This document shows positions 63,181 to 64,000 of a stretch of DNA of 64,000 bases, in pieces (the first letter of the stretch is position 1; each line of letters begins with the position of its first letter). A program made the translations under genes and the position numbers. Below the pieces are notes generated by a model. It had not been told where the DNA came from. It searched no databases and was given only the letters and a program-made list of their open reading frames with translations. This DNA is from Macrostomum lignano (taxonomy: Eukaryota): positions 65,482 to 129,481 of the forward strand of contig NIVC01002934.1 in NCBI GenBank assembly GCA_002269645.1, written 5' to 3'.

Positions 63181-64000
63181 ATGATTTTTGGCTGGTTTCC
63201 GTGCATCGCTCTTGCGGCCTCAGTTCAGTTCGGCGGGTTCTTGGCAACTGCACAGCATCAATTTAACACAGATCCCAGAGCAAACTCATCAGCCAAAATT
63301 TGAGCACTGCTCCAGCTCCGGCCACACAGAGAGACAAGAATCTTTCGTCAGCGCTGGAGAAATAAATATTCATTTCAGTACACCTCACAAAGACAGGTTT
63401 TATTCAACAGAAACTTATTTTCGCGTCGATCAAATTCCGATTGTGCAGAGCGGAGTGGACAACGGTAAGTCCGGTTCTCCTCTCAGAGCATCAGCTGCAC
63501 CTCAAGTAGCACTCCAGCACCTCAATTAACTTCGCTGCTTCAGTCTGCTCAAAACTCAAGCTGCAGTCCCGAAGCCAGCCGCCGGTGACGAAGACCCCGA
63601 CAGGACAGCGACTCGTTCACGTCAAGCAGACGGTGCTGCACGCGGACTCGGACTGCCACACAAGAGTCGCCTCAGTGCTGCTAAAGGCGGCCAGTAATGT
63701 AAGACTGAACTGTGGTGGCCAGAGCACTTCATGTTAACACAGCTCACATACTTGTTGACACAGCGTGCTGTCTCTACGCATTCCAGTCATTCGCGGCACC
63801 AAGCTTCAGGTGTCGGTCAACCGCACGAACAGCACCGGTAGACTGGTTGGTGATGGCGGATGACTCGGTGACCTCAGTGCGGTGCTGGAATGGACCAGAC
63901 ACAATGAGCCAGTAAGCAGTGGTGGCCGAGTGGACTGGGGCTTCACTGCCACACTGGAGCAGCTCAGCTGGATCCAAGGTGAGACCATCGAGTACACGTG
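63181..64000 (+). pseudogene. Possible degenerate gene for a secreted protein with a CUB-like domain, running off the window
   Basis: Signal-like MIFGWFPCIALAASV, exon-like 63411-63464 (CAG...|GTAAGT), then LSLRIPVIRGTKLQVSV...LEWT...DWGFTATLEQ ending at a GTGAGA donor. Interrupted by in-frame TGA codons. Confidence 0.3.

Noticed and set aside
63290-63870. Selenocysteine or alternative genetic code to explain in-frame TGA
   Set aside because: TGA is used as a normal stop in the NHL and TRP genes of this window, no SECIS was recognised, and pseudogene decay is simpler.

Overview
Eukaryotic (animal) genomic DNA with GC-rich exons, poly-Q/poly-A tracts and introns packed with minisatellites. 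The style suggests a free-living flatworm such as Macrostomum; this is inference, no database was searched. Six spliced genes can be rebuilt with canonical splice sites: a tetraspanin (-, 3810-8180), an EGFR/ErbB-family receptor tyrosine kinase (-, 11117-19663), NUDT21/CFIm25 (-, 23844-25334) head-to-head with RBM26/27 (+, 29723-38350), a RING-B-box-coiled-coil-filamin-NHL TRIM protein (-, 41901-48310) and a divergent TRP-like channel (+, ~55425-61181) with an apparent 1-nt frameshift at the pore. The left end holds a Gypsy integrase fragment interrupted by an LTR-like segment plus gag, followed by an F-box-like mini-ORF, an intronless tandem-RING ORF with its own splice acceptor, and an ankyrin fragment. 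Also present: a deleted Tc1/mariner element, a P-like TIR element carrying an RTE LINE fragment, tRNA-derived SINEs, MITEs (one containing a 28S rRNA-like motif) and more than 25 tandem arrays. Almost all long ORFs in the supplied track over repeats are artefacts.
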